From NCBI GenBank assembly GCA_049860595.1, contig CP187551.1: a stretch of 64,000 bases of DNA. One strand, 5' to 3'. How positions within the stretch are numbered: the first letter of the stretch is position 1; each line of letters opens with the position of its first letter. Under the pieces are notes generated by a model, which did no database searches, was not told the DNA's origin, and was given only the letters and a program-made list of their open reading frames with translations. The position numbers and the translations under genes were made by a program. Below, in pieces: positions 32,670 to 42,712 of the stretch. The DNA is from Methanocaldococcus sp. 16A (GTDB lineage: Archaea > AGJL01 > Methanococci > Methanococcales > Methanocaldococcaceae).

Positions 32670-34196
32670 TTAAAATTCACTAACAATCTTTTTCTTTAAC
32701 ATATCTAAGAATTCATTAATCCTCTTTTTTGAAAATCCATATTTCTTAGCAACTTTGTAAATCATCTTCTCTCCACCACTTCCATATTGAGCGGCTTTTT
32801 TTGGTCTGAATGCAATATAATCTGGTAAATATTTTGCTGCTACATCTCTTAAAATCTTCTTTCTGAGTTCAGATATTTTGTAATCTGTAGGAATTGATAA
32901 TGCTATTCCCACAACTTCCTCATCTAAGAATGGAACTCTCAACTCTACACCATTAGCCATTGTGCAGTGGTCATCTCTCTCTAAATTCACTTTATATAAG
33001 TTATTTACATCTTTTAATAACTCTTTTTTTAATTCTTCCTCTCCTTTTTCTTTGTAAATCCTTTCATGCCTTGCATAGCCACCAAATAACTCATCAGCTC
33101 CTTGTCCAGATAAAACAACTTTTAAACCATCTTCATTAGCCATCTCAGAAGCTACATAGATTGGAATACCAACACCTATTTTCATTAAATCAACTTCATC
33201 TATTGCTTTGGCAACTCTAAATATATATTTCTCATACTCTTCTTCTGAAATAATCTTCTTTCTCAACTTTAAATTTAAATCTTTAGCCAATCTTTCAGCA
33301 TAAATTAAATCTTCGCTATTTTCAGTTCCAACAGCATATAAAATAACTTCGCAATATTGGGAGGCTAATTTTGCAATCAATGAACTATCAACTCCACCAG
33401 AGCATATAATTCCTACTTTATCCAATCCCCTAACTCTCTTTAAAACAGCCTTTTTTAATGCTTTATCTAAATATTCCTTAGCTTCTTCATAACTTCTCTC
33501 TTTCATATAATTTAGCTCTATCTTTTTAAAGTTCTCAATGATATCAAACTTATTATCATCTAAATAATAAATTAGCTGTGAATTTGGTTTTAATGTTTTA
33601 ATTTTACTATTTAATTTATCTAAATCTTTTTCACAGCCATCAATATTTATTAATAAATGCCACAATGCCTTTCTCTCTGAAGCAAATGCAAAATAATTTG
33701 GCGTATCTATATAAAATAATGGCTTAACTCCAAATATATCCCTTGCTAATAAAACTATATTATTTGATTTGTCGTATATGGCATAGGCATAATCTCCATC
33801 TAACTCTTCCAACATTCCTTCTTCATATAAGTGAATTATGACTTCATTATCGCTATCTGTTCTAAATTCATGATATTTTTTTAAATATTCAGTTAATTCA
33901 ACATAGTTGTAAATTTCTCCATTACAAACCAGCCATATATCTTCATCTTCATTAGGTATTGGTTGAACTCCATATCTTCCAACAATTGCCAATCTGTTGT
34001 GTGCTAAGCTTAAATTTCCAATCATCTCATCTTTTAAATCCTCAACATCTTTAAAATCCTCAAAGTAAATTACTTCATCATCCAACAACAGCCCAGAGGA
34101 ATCTCTCCCCCTATGCTTTAAAATTTTCATCATATCTATTGCATATTTTGCAGGAATTTGACATTCTTTAACAATTATCCCACTTATTGAACACAT
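32670..34196 (-). CDS. asnB: Asparagine synthetase (glutamine-hydrolysing)
   Basis: N-terminal Cys, NGEIYNY, SGGVDSS, GQGADELFGGY. Confidence 0.92.
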   Translation of the reverse strand: MCSISGIIVKECQIPAKYAIDMMKILKHRGRDSSGLLLDDEVIYFEDFKDVEDLKDEMIGNLSLAHNRLAIVGRYGVQPIPNEDEDIWLVCNGEIYNYVELTEYLKKYHEFRTDSDNEVIIHLYEEGMLEELDGDYAYAIYDKSNNIVLLARDIFGVKPLFYIDTPNYFAFASERKALWHLLINIDGCEKDLDKLNSKIKTLKPNSQLIYYLDDNKFDIIENFKKIELNYMKERSYEEAKEYLDKALKKAVLKRVRGLDKVGIICSGGVDSSLIAKLASQYCEVILYAVGTENSEDLIYAERLAKDLNLKLRKKIISEEEYEKYIFRVAKAIDEVDLMKIGVGIPIYVASEMANEDGLKVVLSGQGADELFGGYARHERIYKEKGEEELKKELLKDVNNLYKVNLERDDHCTMANGVELRVPFLDEEVVGIALSIPTDYKISELRKKILRDVAAKYLPDYIAFRPKKAAQYGSGGEKMIYKVAKKYGFSKKRINEFLDMLKKKIVSEF

Positions 34197-34227
34197 ATCT
34201 CTCACATTTTTAAATATGCTATCAATT

Positions 34228-34339
34228 TATAGTTGTGTGCAAAATAAAATAAACTTTAAAAGGAAAATTTGAATGCCTTCCAAAAGGAAGGCATTCTTTA
34301 ATTCCTTATTCATTATAAGCACTTTTGCACACAACTATA
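34228..34339. repeat. Palindromic 112-bp repeat element, family B
   Basis: Perfect 17-bp IR TATAGTTGTGTGCAAAA/TTTTGCACACAACTATA; central hairpin GAATGCCTTCC-AAAA-GGAAGGCATTC. Confidence 0.9.
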
Positions 34340-34387
34340 TAACTCTAAACAAATATTTATAGATAATTAATTTTGAGAGGTTTTAAA

Positions 34388-34969
34388 ATGGACGCTTTAA
34401 TTATGGCTGGTGGCAAAGGAACGAGAATGGGAAATGTGGAAAAGCCATTAGTTAAAGTTAATAGTAGATGTCTTATAGATTATGTCATATTCCCTTTATT
34501 AAAATCAAAGATAAAAAATATATTCATTGCTGTATCACCCAATACTCCAAAAACAAAAGAATACGTAATATCAACTTATAAGAGTTATAAAAATATTTCA
34601 GTTATATATACTTCTGGTAACGGTTATATAGAAGATTTAAATGAATGCATTGAATATTTCTCAGAGCCATTTTTAGTTGTTAGCTCTGATTTGATTAACT
34701 TAACATCGAAAATTATTAATAGTATAGTTGATTATTTTTACTGTATTAAATCTAAAAATCCAGATGTTGAGGCTCTGGCTGTTATGATTGATAAGGAAAG
34801 ATATCCAAATCCATCAATATCTTTTAATAACTTAGTTCCTGTGGGGATAAATGTTTTGTCCCCAAAGCAGGGATATCAAAAAGAAGAAATTATGGTTATT
34901 GATGAGTTGGTATTTAATGTTAATACTAAAGAGGATTTAAAACTTGCTGAAATACTTTTGAGGGGATAA
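34388..34969 (+). CDS. cobY: Adenosylcobinamide-phosphate guanylyltransferase
   Basis: MAGGKGTRM..EKPL, GYIEDL, NVNT.EDL. Confidence 0.87.
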   Translation: MDALIMAGGKGTRMGNVEKPLVKVNSRCLIDYVIFPLLKSKIKNIFIAVSPNTPKTKEYVISTYKSYKNISVIYTSGNGYIEDLNECIEYFSEPFLVVSSDLINLTSKIINSIVDYFYCIKSKNPDVEALAVMIDKERYPNPSISFNNLVPVGINVLSPKQGYQKEEIMVIDELVFNVNTKEDLKLAEILLRG

Positions 34970-34970
34970 A

Positions 34971-35237
34971 ATGGAAAAAATGCCTGCTAAGTTGTTATTT
35001 GAAAGAAATGTAATAGGAAATATGGGTAGTGTAATAGGTAAAGTTAAGGATATTATTTTTGATGAAAAAGTTGGAAAATTAGTTTCTTTAGAGATTGAAC
35101 CTGTTGAACATAGCCCAGTATATATTGAAGAGGGAAAAAATGTTTTAATTCCTTATAAAATTGTAGTTGCTGTTAAAGATGTTGTCGTAATAGATGAAAA
35201 ATGTTTAAATAGAGTTAATATAAGACCTTCAACTTAA
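34971..35237 (+). CDS. PRC-barrel domain protein
   Basis: G..IGKVKDIIFD...G, IPY..V.AVKD.VVI. Confidence 0.8.
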   Translation: MEKMPAKLLFERNVIGNMGSVIGKVKDIIFDEKVGKLVSLEIEPVEHSPVYIEEGKNVLIPYKIVVAVKDVVVIDEKCLNRVNIRPST

Positions 35238-35283
35238 TAAATTTTATTAAATTTAATATAAAAACTATTTTTTGGTGTGGAAA

Positions 35284-36171
35284 ATGGAATTTACAAAGAT
35301 GCATGCACTTGGGAATGATTACATAGTTATTAACGAATTTGATGGAGAAAAGGTTAAAGAAGAGGAAAAAGGAAATTTTGCTAAAAAAATTTGTAGAAGA
35401 GGTTTTTCAGTTGGGGCTGATGGAGTTATATTTATCCAAAAACCTACATCTGATGAATATGATGTGAGATTTAGAATCTTCAACAGTGATGGTTCTGAGG
35501 CTGAGATGTGCGGCAACGGTATAAGATGCTTCTCAAAATACGTTTATGAGAGGATAATGAAAAAAAATCCTTTAAAAGTAGAGACAAAAGGGGGTTTAAG
35601 AATTTCTGAAATGGAAATAGAAGGAGATGAAGTAAAGAAGATTAAAGTTTATATGGGTGTTCCAAAGTTTAAATTAAAAGATATACCAATGGTTATTGAA
35701 GGTTATAAAGAAGATGATGAATTTTTAAATGGAGAGTTAAAATTAAAGAATCCATATTTACCTAAAGTTAAGTTAAGTGTTGTAAATGTAGGAAATCCAC
35801 ATGCAGTTATATTTGTTGAAGATAACGGCATTGATTTAGATTTTGTTAGAAAACATTTAAATGTTATTGGAAAAGAAATAGAGCATCATGAAGCATTTCC
35901 AGAGAGAATTAATGTGCATTTTGTAAAGGTTTTAAGTCATAATGAAATTAGAATTGTTACTTGGGAGAGAGGAGCTGGATACACAACCGCATGTGGAACA
36001 GGAACAACAGCTTCAGTTATTATAGCTCACAAACTTGGTAAAACAAGTAATAGGGTTTTGGCTCACTTAGATGGTGGAGATTTAGAGATTGAGATTAAAG
36101 ATGATGGCGTCTATATGATTGGAGATGCAGTAATGGTTTATGATGCTAAATTACTAAATATTGGATGGTAA
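35284..36171 (+). CDS. dapF: Diaminopimelate epimerase
   Basis: NSDGSEAEMCGNG, GNPH, ERGAG.T.ACGTG. Confidence 0.97.
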   Translation: MEFTKMHALGNDYIVINEFDGEKVKEEEKGNFAKKICRRGFSVGADGVIFIQKPTSDEYDVRFRIFNSDGSEAEMCGNGIRCFSKYVYERIMKKNPLKVETKGGLRISEMEIEGDEVKKIKVYMGVPKFKLKDIPMVIEGYKEDDEFLNGELKLKNPYLPKVKLSVVNVGNPHAVIFVEDNGIDLDFVRKHLNVIGKEIEHHEAFPERINVHFVKVLSHNEIRIVTWERGAGYTTACGTGTTASVIIAHKLGKTSNRVLAHLDGGDLEIEIKDDGVYMIGDAVMVYDAKLLNIGW

Positions 36172-36174
36172 ATT

Positions 36175-37023
36175 ATGAAAGATACTAAAATTAACTTAAC
36201 TGTTGAATATAAAGGAAAATTAATTACGCCAAATCAAATAAAACTCTTAATAGCTTTACATAAAACAAAATCCCAAAATGAGGCATCTAAGTTATTAAAT
36301 ATATCCCCTTCTTCTTTTAATATTCAATTAAAAAGATTAGAAAATAAGTTGGGAGTTAAATTATACTATTCCTCTCCAAATGGGACTGTTTTAACAGATA
36401 CTGGATTAGAGATTTTAGAAACCTACAACATACATAGTAAAAGACTAAAACATCACTTTTTTACAGTTTCTGGGTTTGTAAGTGGAGAGATTGCCAAAAT
36501 ATTATTTGAAAATCCACTAATAACATCTTTTGATAATGCTTTAAGATTATTAAAAATGGGTTTTGTTGATATTTTGGGAGTTGATGATAGCTACTGGATT
36601 TATAGGTTGGGTGATGAGAGGTTTTTGAAGTCAGAAATTGGTAGTACTGATTTTAATATATTTTTAATAGCCTATGACAACTTTGTAATGGTTAGTAAAA
36701 AAGAGTTTGATTACAAAAATTTAGTAGGAATTAGATTTAGCTCTCAAAGAATAGTTTATAATATTTTAAAGAAGGAAGGGATAAAATTTAAGGTAAAAAT
36801 TAAAACAAAAAATCCATTTAGGGCTATAGAGTTGGTTGAAGAGGGATATAGCTTATTTTTAAATGAAAGCTTGTTAAGATATGTAGATGATTATAATATA
36901 ATTTATCCTAAATTTTATGAAAAGACAGTTCATGCAATAAACTTTATAAGTTTTGGTAGAGAAGTTGAAATAGATAAAAAAGAACTTAAAAAAATAAAAA
37001 AATTGGGGTTTAAAATTCTATAG
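36175..37023 (+). CDS. LysR/ModE-type HTH transcriptional regulator
   Basis: N-terminal HTH SQNEASKLLNIS...LE.KLG..L....G..LT..G. Confidence 0.75.
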   Translation: MKDTKINLTVEYKGKLITPNQIKLLIALHKTKSQNEASKLLNISPSSFNIQLKRLENKLGVKLYYSSPNGTVLTDTGLEILETYNIHSKRLKHHFFTVSGFVSGEIAKILFENPLITSFDNALRLLKMGFVDILGVDDSYWIYRLGDERFLKSEIGSTDFNIFLIAYDNFVMVSKKEFDYKNLVGIRFSSQRIVYNILKKEGIKFKVKIKTKNPFRAIELVEEGYSLFLNESLLRYVDDYNIIYPKFYEKTVHAINFISFGREVEIDKKELKKIKKLGFKIL

Positions 37024-37650
37024 GTGGATTTTGTGAATGCTTTTGACAAATACGCTGAGGAATATGATAGATGGTTTGATGAAAACTCTATTATTTACAA
37101 ATCAGAGATTGAGGCATTAAAAAGGCATATTCCAAAAGGAAAAGGATTAGAAATTGGAGTAGGTACTGGAAGATTTGCCAAACCTTTTGATATAAAAATT
37201 GGTGTTGATGTATCAAAAGAAATGGCAAAAATTGCTGAAAAAAGAGGAATAAAAGTTATAATAGCAAAAGGTGAAGATTTACCTTTTAAAGATAAAGAGT
37301 TTGATTTCGTTTTAATAAATACTGTTTTGGAATTTTCAGAAAATCCAAAAAAGATGATAGAAGAAGCAAAGAGAGTTTTAAAGAAAGGAGGAAAGATAAT
37401 TATTGGAATTATAGATAAGAATAGCTTTTTAGGAAAGATATATGAGAAAAAGAAGGAAAAAAGTTTATTTTATAGAGATGCTAATTTTTTATCAGCTAAG
37501 GACGTTATAGAAATGCTAAATGGATTAGGATTTAGAAATATAAAATCTACTCAGACAATTTTTAAAGAAATTGATAAAGTTGATAAGGTTGAAGTTAAAG
37601 AAGGTTATGGAGAAGGAGGATTTGTAGCAATCTCAGCTGAAAAGGTTTAA
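37024..37650 (+). CDS. Class I SAM-dependent methyltransferase
   Basis: LEIGVGTG, GVD.S, LPF....FD, RVLK.GG. Confidence 0.9.
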   Translation: MDFVNAFDKYAEEYDRWFDENSIIYKSEIEALKRHIPKGKGLEIGVGTGRFAKPFDIKIGVDVSKEMAKIAEKRGIKVIIAKGEDLPFKDKEFDFVLINTVLEFSENPKKMIEEAKRVLKKGGKIIIGIIDKNSFLGKIYEKKKEKSLFYRDANFLSAKDVIEMLNGLGFRNIKSTQTIFKEIDKVDKVEVKEGYGEGGFVAISAEKV

Positions 37651-37662
37651 TTGGTGTTAATT

Positions 37663-39747
37663 ATGAAGAAAGTTTTAGATATTTTAAGAGATTTAGGTAT
37701 AGAGGAGCTTAGACCGCCGCAAAAAAAGGCATTAGAGAGAGGTTTATTGGATAAAAATAAAAATTTTTTAATTTCTATACCAACAGCCTCAGGAAAAACA
37801 CTAATTGGAGAAATGGCTTTAATAAATCACTTATTAGATGATAACAAAAAACCTACAAATAAAAAAGGCATCTTTATAGTGCCTTTAAAGGCATTGGCAT
37901 CAGAAAAATATGAAGAATTTAAAAGCAAATATGATAGGTTTGGATTAAAAATAGCTTTATCAATTGGAGATTACGATGAAGATGAGGATTTAAGTAGATA
38001 TCATTTAATTATAACAACAGCTGAAAAACTTGACTCTCTATGGAGGCATAAAATTGATTGGATTAACGATGTTTCTGTTGTTGTAGTTGATGAAATCCAT
38101 TTAATTAATGATGAGACAAGAGGAGGGACATTAGAAATTTTATTAACTAAATTAAAAGAATTTAATATACAAATTATTGGTTTGTCAGCTACAATAGGGA
38201 ATCCAGATGAATTGGCTGAGTGGCTTAATGCTGAGCTTATAGTTGATGATTGGAGACCTGTTGAGTTAAAAAAGGGAATTTATAAAGAAGGAGTTATAGA
38301 ATACATAAATGGAGGAAATAAAGAAATAGAAGCTATTAATGATAACGATATATACAACTTAGTTGTTGATTGTGTGAAAGAAGGAGGATGCTGTTTAATA
38401 TTTTGCAACACCAAAAAAGGAGCAGTTAATGAGGCAAAAAAATTAAATTTAAAGAAATTTTTAACAGATAAGGAAAAGAGAAAGCTAAAAGAAATAGCTG
38501 AAGAGATTTTATCCATCTTAGAGCCACCAACTGAAATGTGTAAAACTTTAGCTGAATGCATTTTAAAAGGGGTTGCGTTTCATCATGCTGGTTTAACTTA
38601 TCAGCATAGAAAAATTATTGAAAAATCTTTTAGAGAGAGGTTAATTAAAGTTATTTGCTGCACTCCGACGCTTAGCGTTGGCATTAACGCGCCTTGTAGA
38701 AGGGCAATAGTTAAAGATTTAACGAGATATACAAATAGAGGAATAAGATACATTCCAATAATGGAAATTCAGCAATGTATAGGAAGAGCAGGGAGACCTG
38801 GCTTAGATCCTTATGGAGAGGGAATAATAATAGTAAAAAATGATAGAGATTATTTTAGGGCTTATCAGGCATTGACTCAAAAGCCAGAGCCTATATATTC
38901 AAAGCTCTCAAATCAGGCAGTTTTGAGAATACAACTTTTAGGGCTTATAGCTACAAGAGAGATTAAAGATGAGTATGATTTAGAATGGTTTATAAAAAAT
39001 ACTTTCTATGCTCATCAATATGGAAATTTGAGGGAAGTTGCTAAGAATATTAATGAAGTCATTAGATTTTTGGAAGAAAATGAGTTTATTGTTGATTTTA
39101 TACCTACTGAATTAGGAAAGAGGGTTTCTGAACTTTACATAGACCCGCTGTCAGCCAAATATATAATAAATGGTTTATATGAAATGGAAAATGAAGAAGA
39201 GATTTATTATCTATACTTAATCTCAAAAACTTTAGAAATGAGGCCAAATTTAAGAGTTTATAAATCTGAGGAGTTGGATTTAATTGATGAAATGTATAAT
39301 CTTGGAATAAAAAGCTTTGAGATAGAGGATTTGGAGGCATTTAAAACAGCTAAAATGTTATATGATTGGATTAATGAAATTCCAGAAGATGAAATTTTAA
39401 AGAAATACAAAATTGAGCCGGGGATTTTAAGATATAAGGTTGAAAATGCTGTTTGGATGATGCATGCTTTAAAAGAGATTGCTAAAATAATTGGCAAAAG
39501 CTCAGAAATTCCAGAGAAGTTAGAAATAAGGTTGGAATATGGAGCTAAGGAAGATATTATTGAGCTTTTAAGTGTAAAATACATTGGAAGAGTTAGAGCG
39601 AGAAAGCTGTATAATGCTGGAATTAGAAGTGTTGATGATATTATAAACAATCCTTCAAAAGTAGCCTCAATTATTGGAGAAAAGATAACTAAGAAGATTT
39701 TGGATGAGTTAGGAGTTAAATTTGGACAGCAAAAATTAAATCTCTAA
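37663..39747 (+). CDS. hel308: Hel308/Ski2-like DNA helicase, intein-free
   Basis: PTASGKT, DEIH, SAT, FHHAGL, GRAGRP, C-terminal HhH GRVRAR. Confidence 0.92.
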   Translation: MKKVLDILRDLGIEELRPPQKKALERGLLDKNKNFLISIPTASGKTLIGEMALINHLLDDNKKPTNKKGIFIVPLKALASEKYEEFKSKYDRFGLKIALSIGDYDEDEDLSRYHLIITTAEKLDSLWRHKIDWINDVSVVVVDEIHLINDETRGGTLEILLTKLKEFNIQIIGLSATIGNPDELAEWLNAELIVDDWRPVELKKGIYKEGVIEYINGGNKEIEAINDNDIYNLVVDCVKEGGCCLIFCNTKKGAVNEAKKLNLKKFLTDKEKRKLKEIAEEILSILEPPTEMCKTLAECILKGVAFHHAGLTYQHRKIIEKSFRERLIKVICCTPTLSVGINAPCRRAIVKDLTRYTNRGIRYIPIMEIQQCIGRAGRPGLDPYGEGIIIVKNDRDYFRAYQALTQKPEPIYSKLSNQAVLRIQLLGLIATREIKDEYDLEWFIKNTFYAHQYGNLREVAKNINEVIRFLEENEFIVDFIPTELGKRVSELYIDPLSAKYIINGLYEMENEEEIYYLYLISKTLEMRPNLRVYKSEELDLIDEMYNLGIKSFEIEDLEAFKTAKMLYDWINEIPEDEILKKYKIEPGILRYKVENAVWMMHALKEIAKIIGKSSEIPEKLEIRLEYGAKEDIIELLSVKYIGRVRARKLYNAGIRSVDDIINNPSKVASIIGEKITKKILDELGVKFGQQKLNL

Positions 39748-39767
39748 AATTTCAAATTTTATTTTTG

Positions 39768-39865
39768 AATAGGACTTTCGCAGTTTATATATTAAATTTT
39801 GACCTTTGACACCTCTAAGTGTCCTATATTTAATAGATAAAATTCATTCTTGCGAAAGTTCTATT
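39768..39865. repeat. Family-A palindromic element overlapping the nifE 3' end
   Basis: AATAGGACTTTCGCA ... TGCGAAAGTTCTATT; hairpin GACAC/GTGTC. Confidence 0.88.
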
Positions 39866-41184
39866 TTAAACTCAATCATCTTCCAAATTGGATGATATAT
39901 TGCTTTATAAATTTCCCTTGCAAGATTTAAGAAACCAATAAATCCTGTGAATGGATAGAAATCTTGAGGAAATGATAAGAATGGGATGCCAAATTTTACA
40001 GCCATGTATTTTTCTTTTGTTCCACCAACAAAGATATCTGGCTTTTTGTGCTTAAATATCAACTCTAAATCAATTTTTGAAGCATCATCAACTAAGATAG
40101 TGTTGTCATCTACATTAATATAGGCATCTAAGTAATCTTCTAAACTCCCAAATTGTGAGCCAACAGACACAATTTCCATATCTAAATCTTTAAAGGCAGA
40201 TGTTAGCATACCAATTTTTGAAGCTCCCATAAATATGCCAACTCTTTTCCCTTTCAACTTTTCCATATAAAATAATAACTCATCCTTTATTTTTTCAAAC
40301 TCTTCTTTTATAACCTCTCTTCCCCTATCTTCAATCCCAAAGAATTTTGCAATCTCCATTATTGACTTTTGGGTGTTGCTTAATCCAATAAATGAAACCT
40401 TTAATTGTGGGATACCATATTTTTCTTCCATATAATCAGCTATATATTTACCAGTTCTTCTACAATGGACAAGATTTAGCTTAGCATTTTTTGAATTTTT
40501 TATATCTTCTATTGTGCAATCTCCTGTAAATGTTGCTATAACCTCTATACCCAATTTATTTAGCAAATCTTTAATAACCTTTGTTTCATTACATATATCA
40601 TATTCTCCAATGATATTAACTGTTAATTTATCTTTAAATCTTTTTTTGTACTCTCCTTCTTTAATTAATCTAAATAATGCCTTCATTGCAATTTCATGAC
40701 CCTTTGATTGATGATATCCGCAAAATCCAGGACAAATTATTGGAATTATAGGAACTCTTAAAATTTCTTCAGCATCTTTACAAATGCTTTCTATGTTATC
40801 TCCAATCAATGCTGGAACGCAAGTTATATAAACAAAAACCGCATCTCCTCCCAATTCTTTATGAGCTTCAATTATTGTGTTGTATAATTTTTTTTCTCCC
40901 CCATAAACTACATCTTCAATCTGCATGTCTGTTGAAGCTATGACATATCTTTTTTTCCTAACATTCTGCCCATAAAAAGCACAACCTACTGGTGAGTGTA
41001 TAATATGAAGAGTGTTTTTTATTGGAGCTAAAATCCATCTTGCTCCATAGTATGGACAGCTTCTCTGATTAACAACACCAGGAGATGATTTTTTATCTGA
41101 TAATGGAATCCCATCCTTTTTTAGTGTAATTTTGTATGGAAGAACTTTTACATTATTAGCTTTACCATAATTTGTTTTATTCAT
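39844..41184 (-). CDS. nifE: NifE-like cofactor scaffold subunit
   Basis: Cys motifs RSCPYYGA, SPVGC, TCVPALIGD, LVHCRR; lacks the NifD His ligand motif. Confidence 0.82.
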   Translation of the reverse strand: MNKTNYGKANNVKVLPYKITLKKDGIPLSDKKSSPGVVNQRSCPYYGARWILAPIKNTLHIIHSPVGCAFYGQNVRKKRYVIASTDMQIEDVVYGGEKKLYNTIIEAHKELGGDAVFVYITCVPALIGDNIESICKDAEEILRVPIIPIICPGFCGYHQSKGHEIAMKALFRLIKEGEYKKRFKDKLTVNIIGEYDICNETKVIKDLLNKLGIEVIATFTGDCTIEDIKNSKNAKLNLVHCRRTGKYIADYMEEKYGIPQLKVSFIGLSNTQKSIMEIAKFFGIEDRGREVIKEEFEKIKDELLFYMEKLKGKRVGIFMGASKIGMLTSAFKDLDMEIVSVGSQFGSLEDYLDAYINVDDNTILVDDASKIDLELIFKHKKPDIFVGGTKEKYMAVKFGIPFLSFPQDFYPFTGFIGFLNLAREIYKAIYHPIWKMIEFKIELSQE

Positions 41185-41816
41185 ACTATCTCCTTCAGCA
41201 CTTCAATTAATTTTTTGTAATCGCTGAAGTATTCACTTGGTGGATGCAAAATGTATAAAGAGCCATTTTTGAAAATCTTAACGCCTAAAATCTCTCCCTC
41301 ACTATTCTCAATAATTGGTTCATAGTCCCAATGTTCATAATCACAAATTAAAGAGAGGGTATCAACTATCCCCAACTTTCCATCTTCATCTTCAATATCA
41401 TATATATGGCTGTATTTTTCAATTAAATCAACATATTTTGAAAATTTTTCATCTTTAGCTTTAATATCCTCCCCATCTTTACATTTAACAACGAATTTAT
41501 CTCTTGTTAGATGTTTCATCAAATAATGCTCTAATATTCTTCCTTTTGATATATTTTTGAAATATGGGTCTATAACAACAACTTTTGGCTCATTCTCGCT
41601 TTCTAAAACTTCTTTAACTTTTATATCCTTCAATATTGTGAAAATACTTGATTGATTTGCTGAATATGAAGTTAAATCCTTAAAGAATAAAGGAAGGTAG
41701 ATTATTGATAAATCATACTTTGCTACGTCTATTTTGTTGAATGGGATGAATAAACAATCCTCTACATCGTAAGAATCGACATCATCAAGTTTTTTTCCTA
41801 AGAATAAAACTTTCAT
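41181..41816 (-). CDS. Hypothetical protein, overlapping the nifE start
   Basis: 211-aa ORF with RBS, own promoter cassette and 4-bp overlap with nifE. Confidence 0.75.
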   Translation of the reverse strand: MKVLFLGKKLDDVDSYDVEDCLFIPFNKIDVAKYDLSIIYLPLFFKDLTSYSANQSSIFTILKDIKVKEVLESENEPKVVVIDPYFKNISKGRILEHYLMKHLTRDKFVVKCKDGEDIKAKDEKFSKYVDLIEKYSHIYDIEDEDGKLGIVDTLSLICDYEHWDYEPIIENSEGEILGVKIFKNGSLYILHPPSEYFSDYKKLIEVLKEIV

Positions 41817-41886
41817 GCTTTCAACCTCTACATTTTCTTGTTATCTTAAAATTTTTAATGAATGATATATAAACTTTTCGGTATTA

Positions 41887-41900
41887 GGAAACTTATTTCC
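41887..41900. promoter_or_regulatory. NrpR-type operator GGAA-N6-TTCC
   Basis: GGAAACTTATTTCC next to a minus-strand BRE/TATA. Confidence 0.85.
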
Positions 41901-41976
41901 TTATAAATTTAAAATATTAAAATGATAAAAAATTATAAGAAAAAGTAGTTAAAAATAAAATACAGCAAAAATAGAA

Positions 41977-42162
41977 TTACTCTTCTAAAATTATTGCATC
42001 ATTTGGACAGGTATCTTTGCAAACCTCACAATAAGTGCAATCTTCCTCTTTTGCAACAACTACTTTATCTCCATCAACTTCAAAAACATCCATTGGACAG
42101 ACATCTACACATTCTGCACATTCAGTTCCTTTGCACAAGTCGTAATTTATCTTTACTGCCAT
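41977..42162 (-). CDS. 2x[4Fe-4S] ferredoxin
   Basis: CKGTECAECVDVCP and CTYCEVCKDTCP. Confidence 0.93.
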   Translation of the reverse strand: MAVKINYDLCKGTECAECVDVCPMDVFEVDGDKVVVAKEEDCTYCEVCKDTCPNDAIILEE

Positions 42163-42172
42163 TCCATCACCA

Positions 42173-42424
42173 TTAACTATGATTTTGAATATATTTTTGA
42201 GCAACTACTCTATTTAATCTCCTCAATACCGTTGTAATCATCATCTTTAATTCTTCTGTTGTTATCTCATCGTGTATCCTATTTTCTATTCTTTTAATAA
42301 CCTCTTTAACTAATTCTTCATCCGCCCCAGAATTTCTTAAAGAATTTTTAACCTTTTCAAAGTCAAATTTTTCTTTGCTTCCATCACTCTTTGTTATATA
42401 CACCTTTGCTAACACTTCATCCAT
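42173..42424 (-). CDS. Stand-alone ATP-cone domain protein
   Basis: ITKSDGSKEKFDFEKV...SL..SG...ITTEEL. Confidence 0.85.
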   Translation of the reverse strand: MDEVLAKVYITKSDGSKEKFDFEKVKNSLRNSGADEELVKEVIKRIENRIHDEITTEELKMMITTVLRRLNRVVAQKYIQNHS

Positions 42425-42702
42425 TTTATACCCCCAGTAATTGATAAATTTGGTTTTATGTAGAAAATATTTAATTTTCTTAATTTTTTTAGCATAGAAG
42501 AGAATTTAGCTTTTAAATTAAAAGTTTTAAATTCATAATCAAAATTGTAAGAGTTATAGACCATAATTTTATCTCCAACCTTGATGTTGTTAGCAATTGG
42601 AATTATCATCTCTCTAATCTCTCCATTAATCTCAATTAGTGGAACTTTAACATTATCTTTTATTACAAATCCTCTAAAAATTCCCACTTCTCCATAGCAC
42701 AT
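42409..42702 (-). CDS. Hypothetical protein with HypC/HupF-like signature
   Basis: N-terminal MC; EINGEIREM...IKVGDKIMVY. Confidence 0.6.
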   Translation of the reverse strand: MCYGEVGIFRGFVIKDNVKVPLIEINGEIREMIIPIANNIKVGDKIMVYNSYNFDYEFKTFNLKAKFSSMLKKLRKLNIFYIKPNLSITGGIKWMKC

Positions 42703-42712
42703 AATTCCACCG

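Noticed and set aside
39844-41184. Second nifD or CfbD/NflD
   Set aside because: Lacks the His cofactor ligand and YxGGPR motif of NifD; length and nif context fit NifE.
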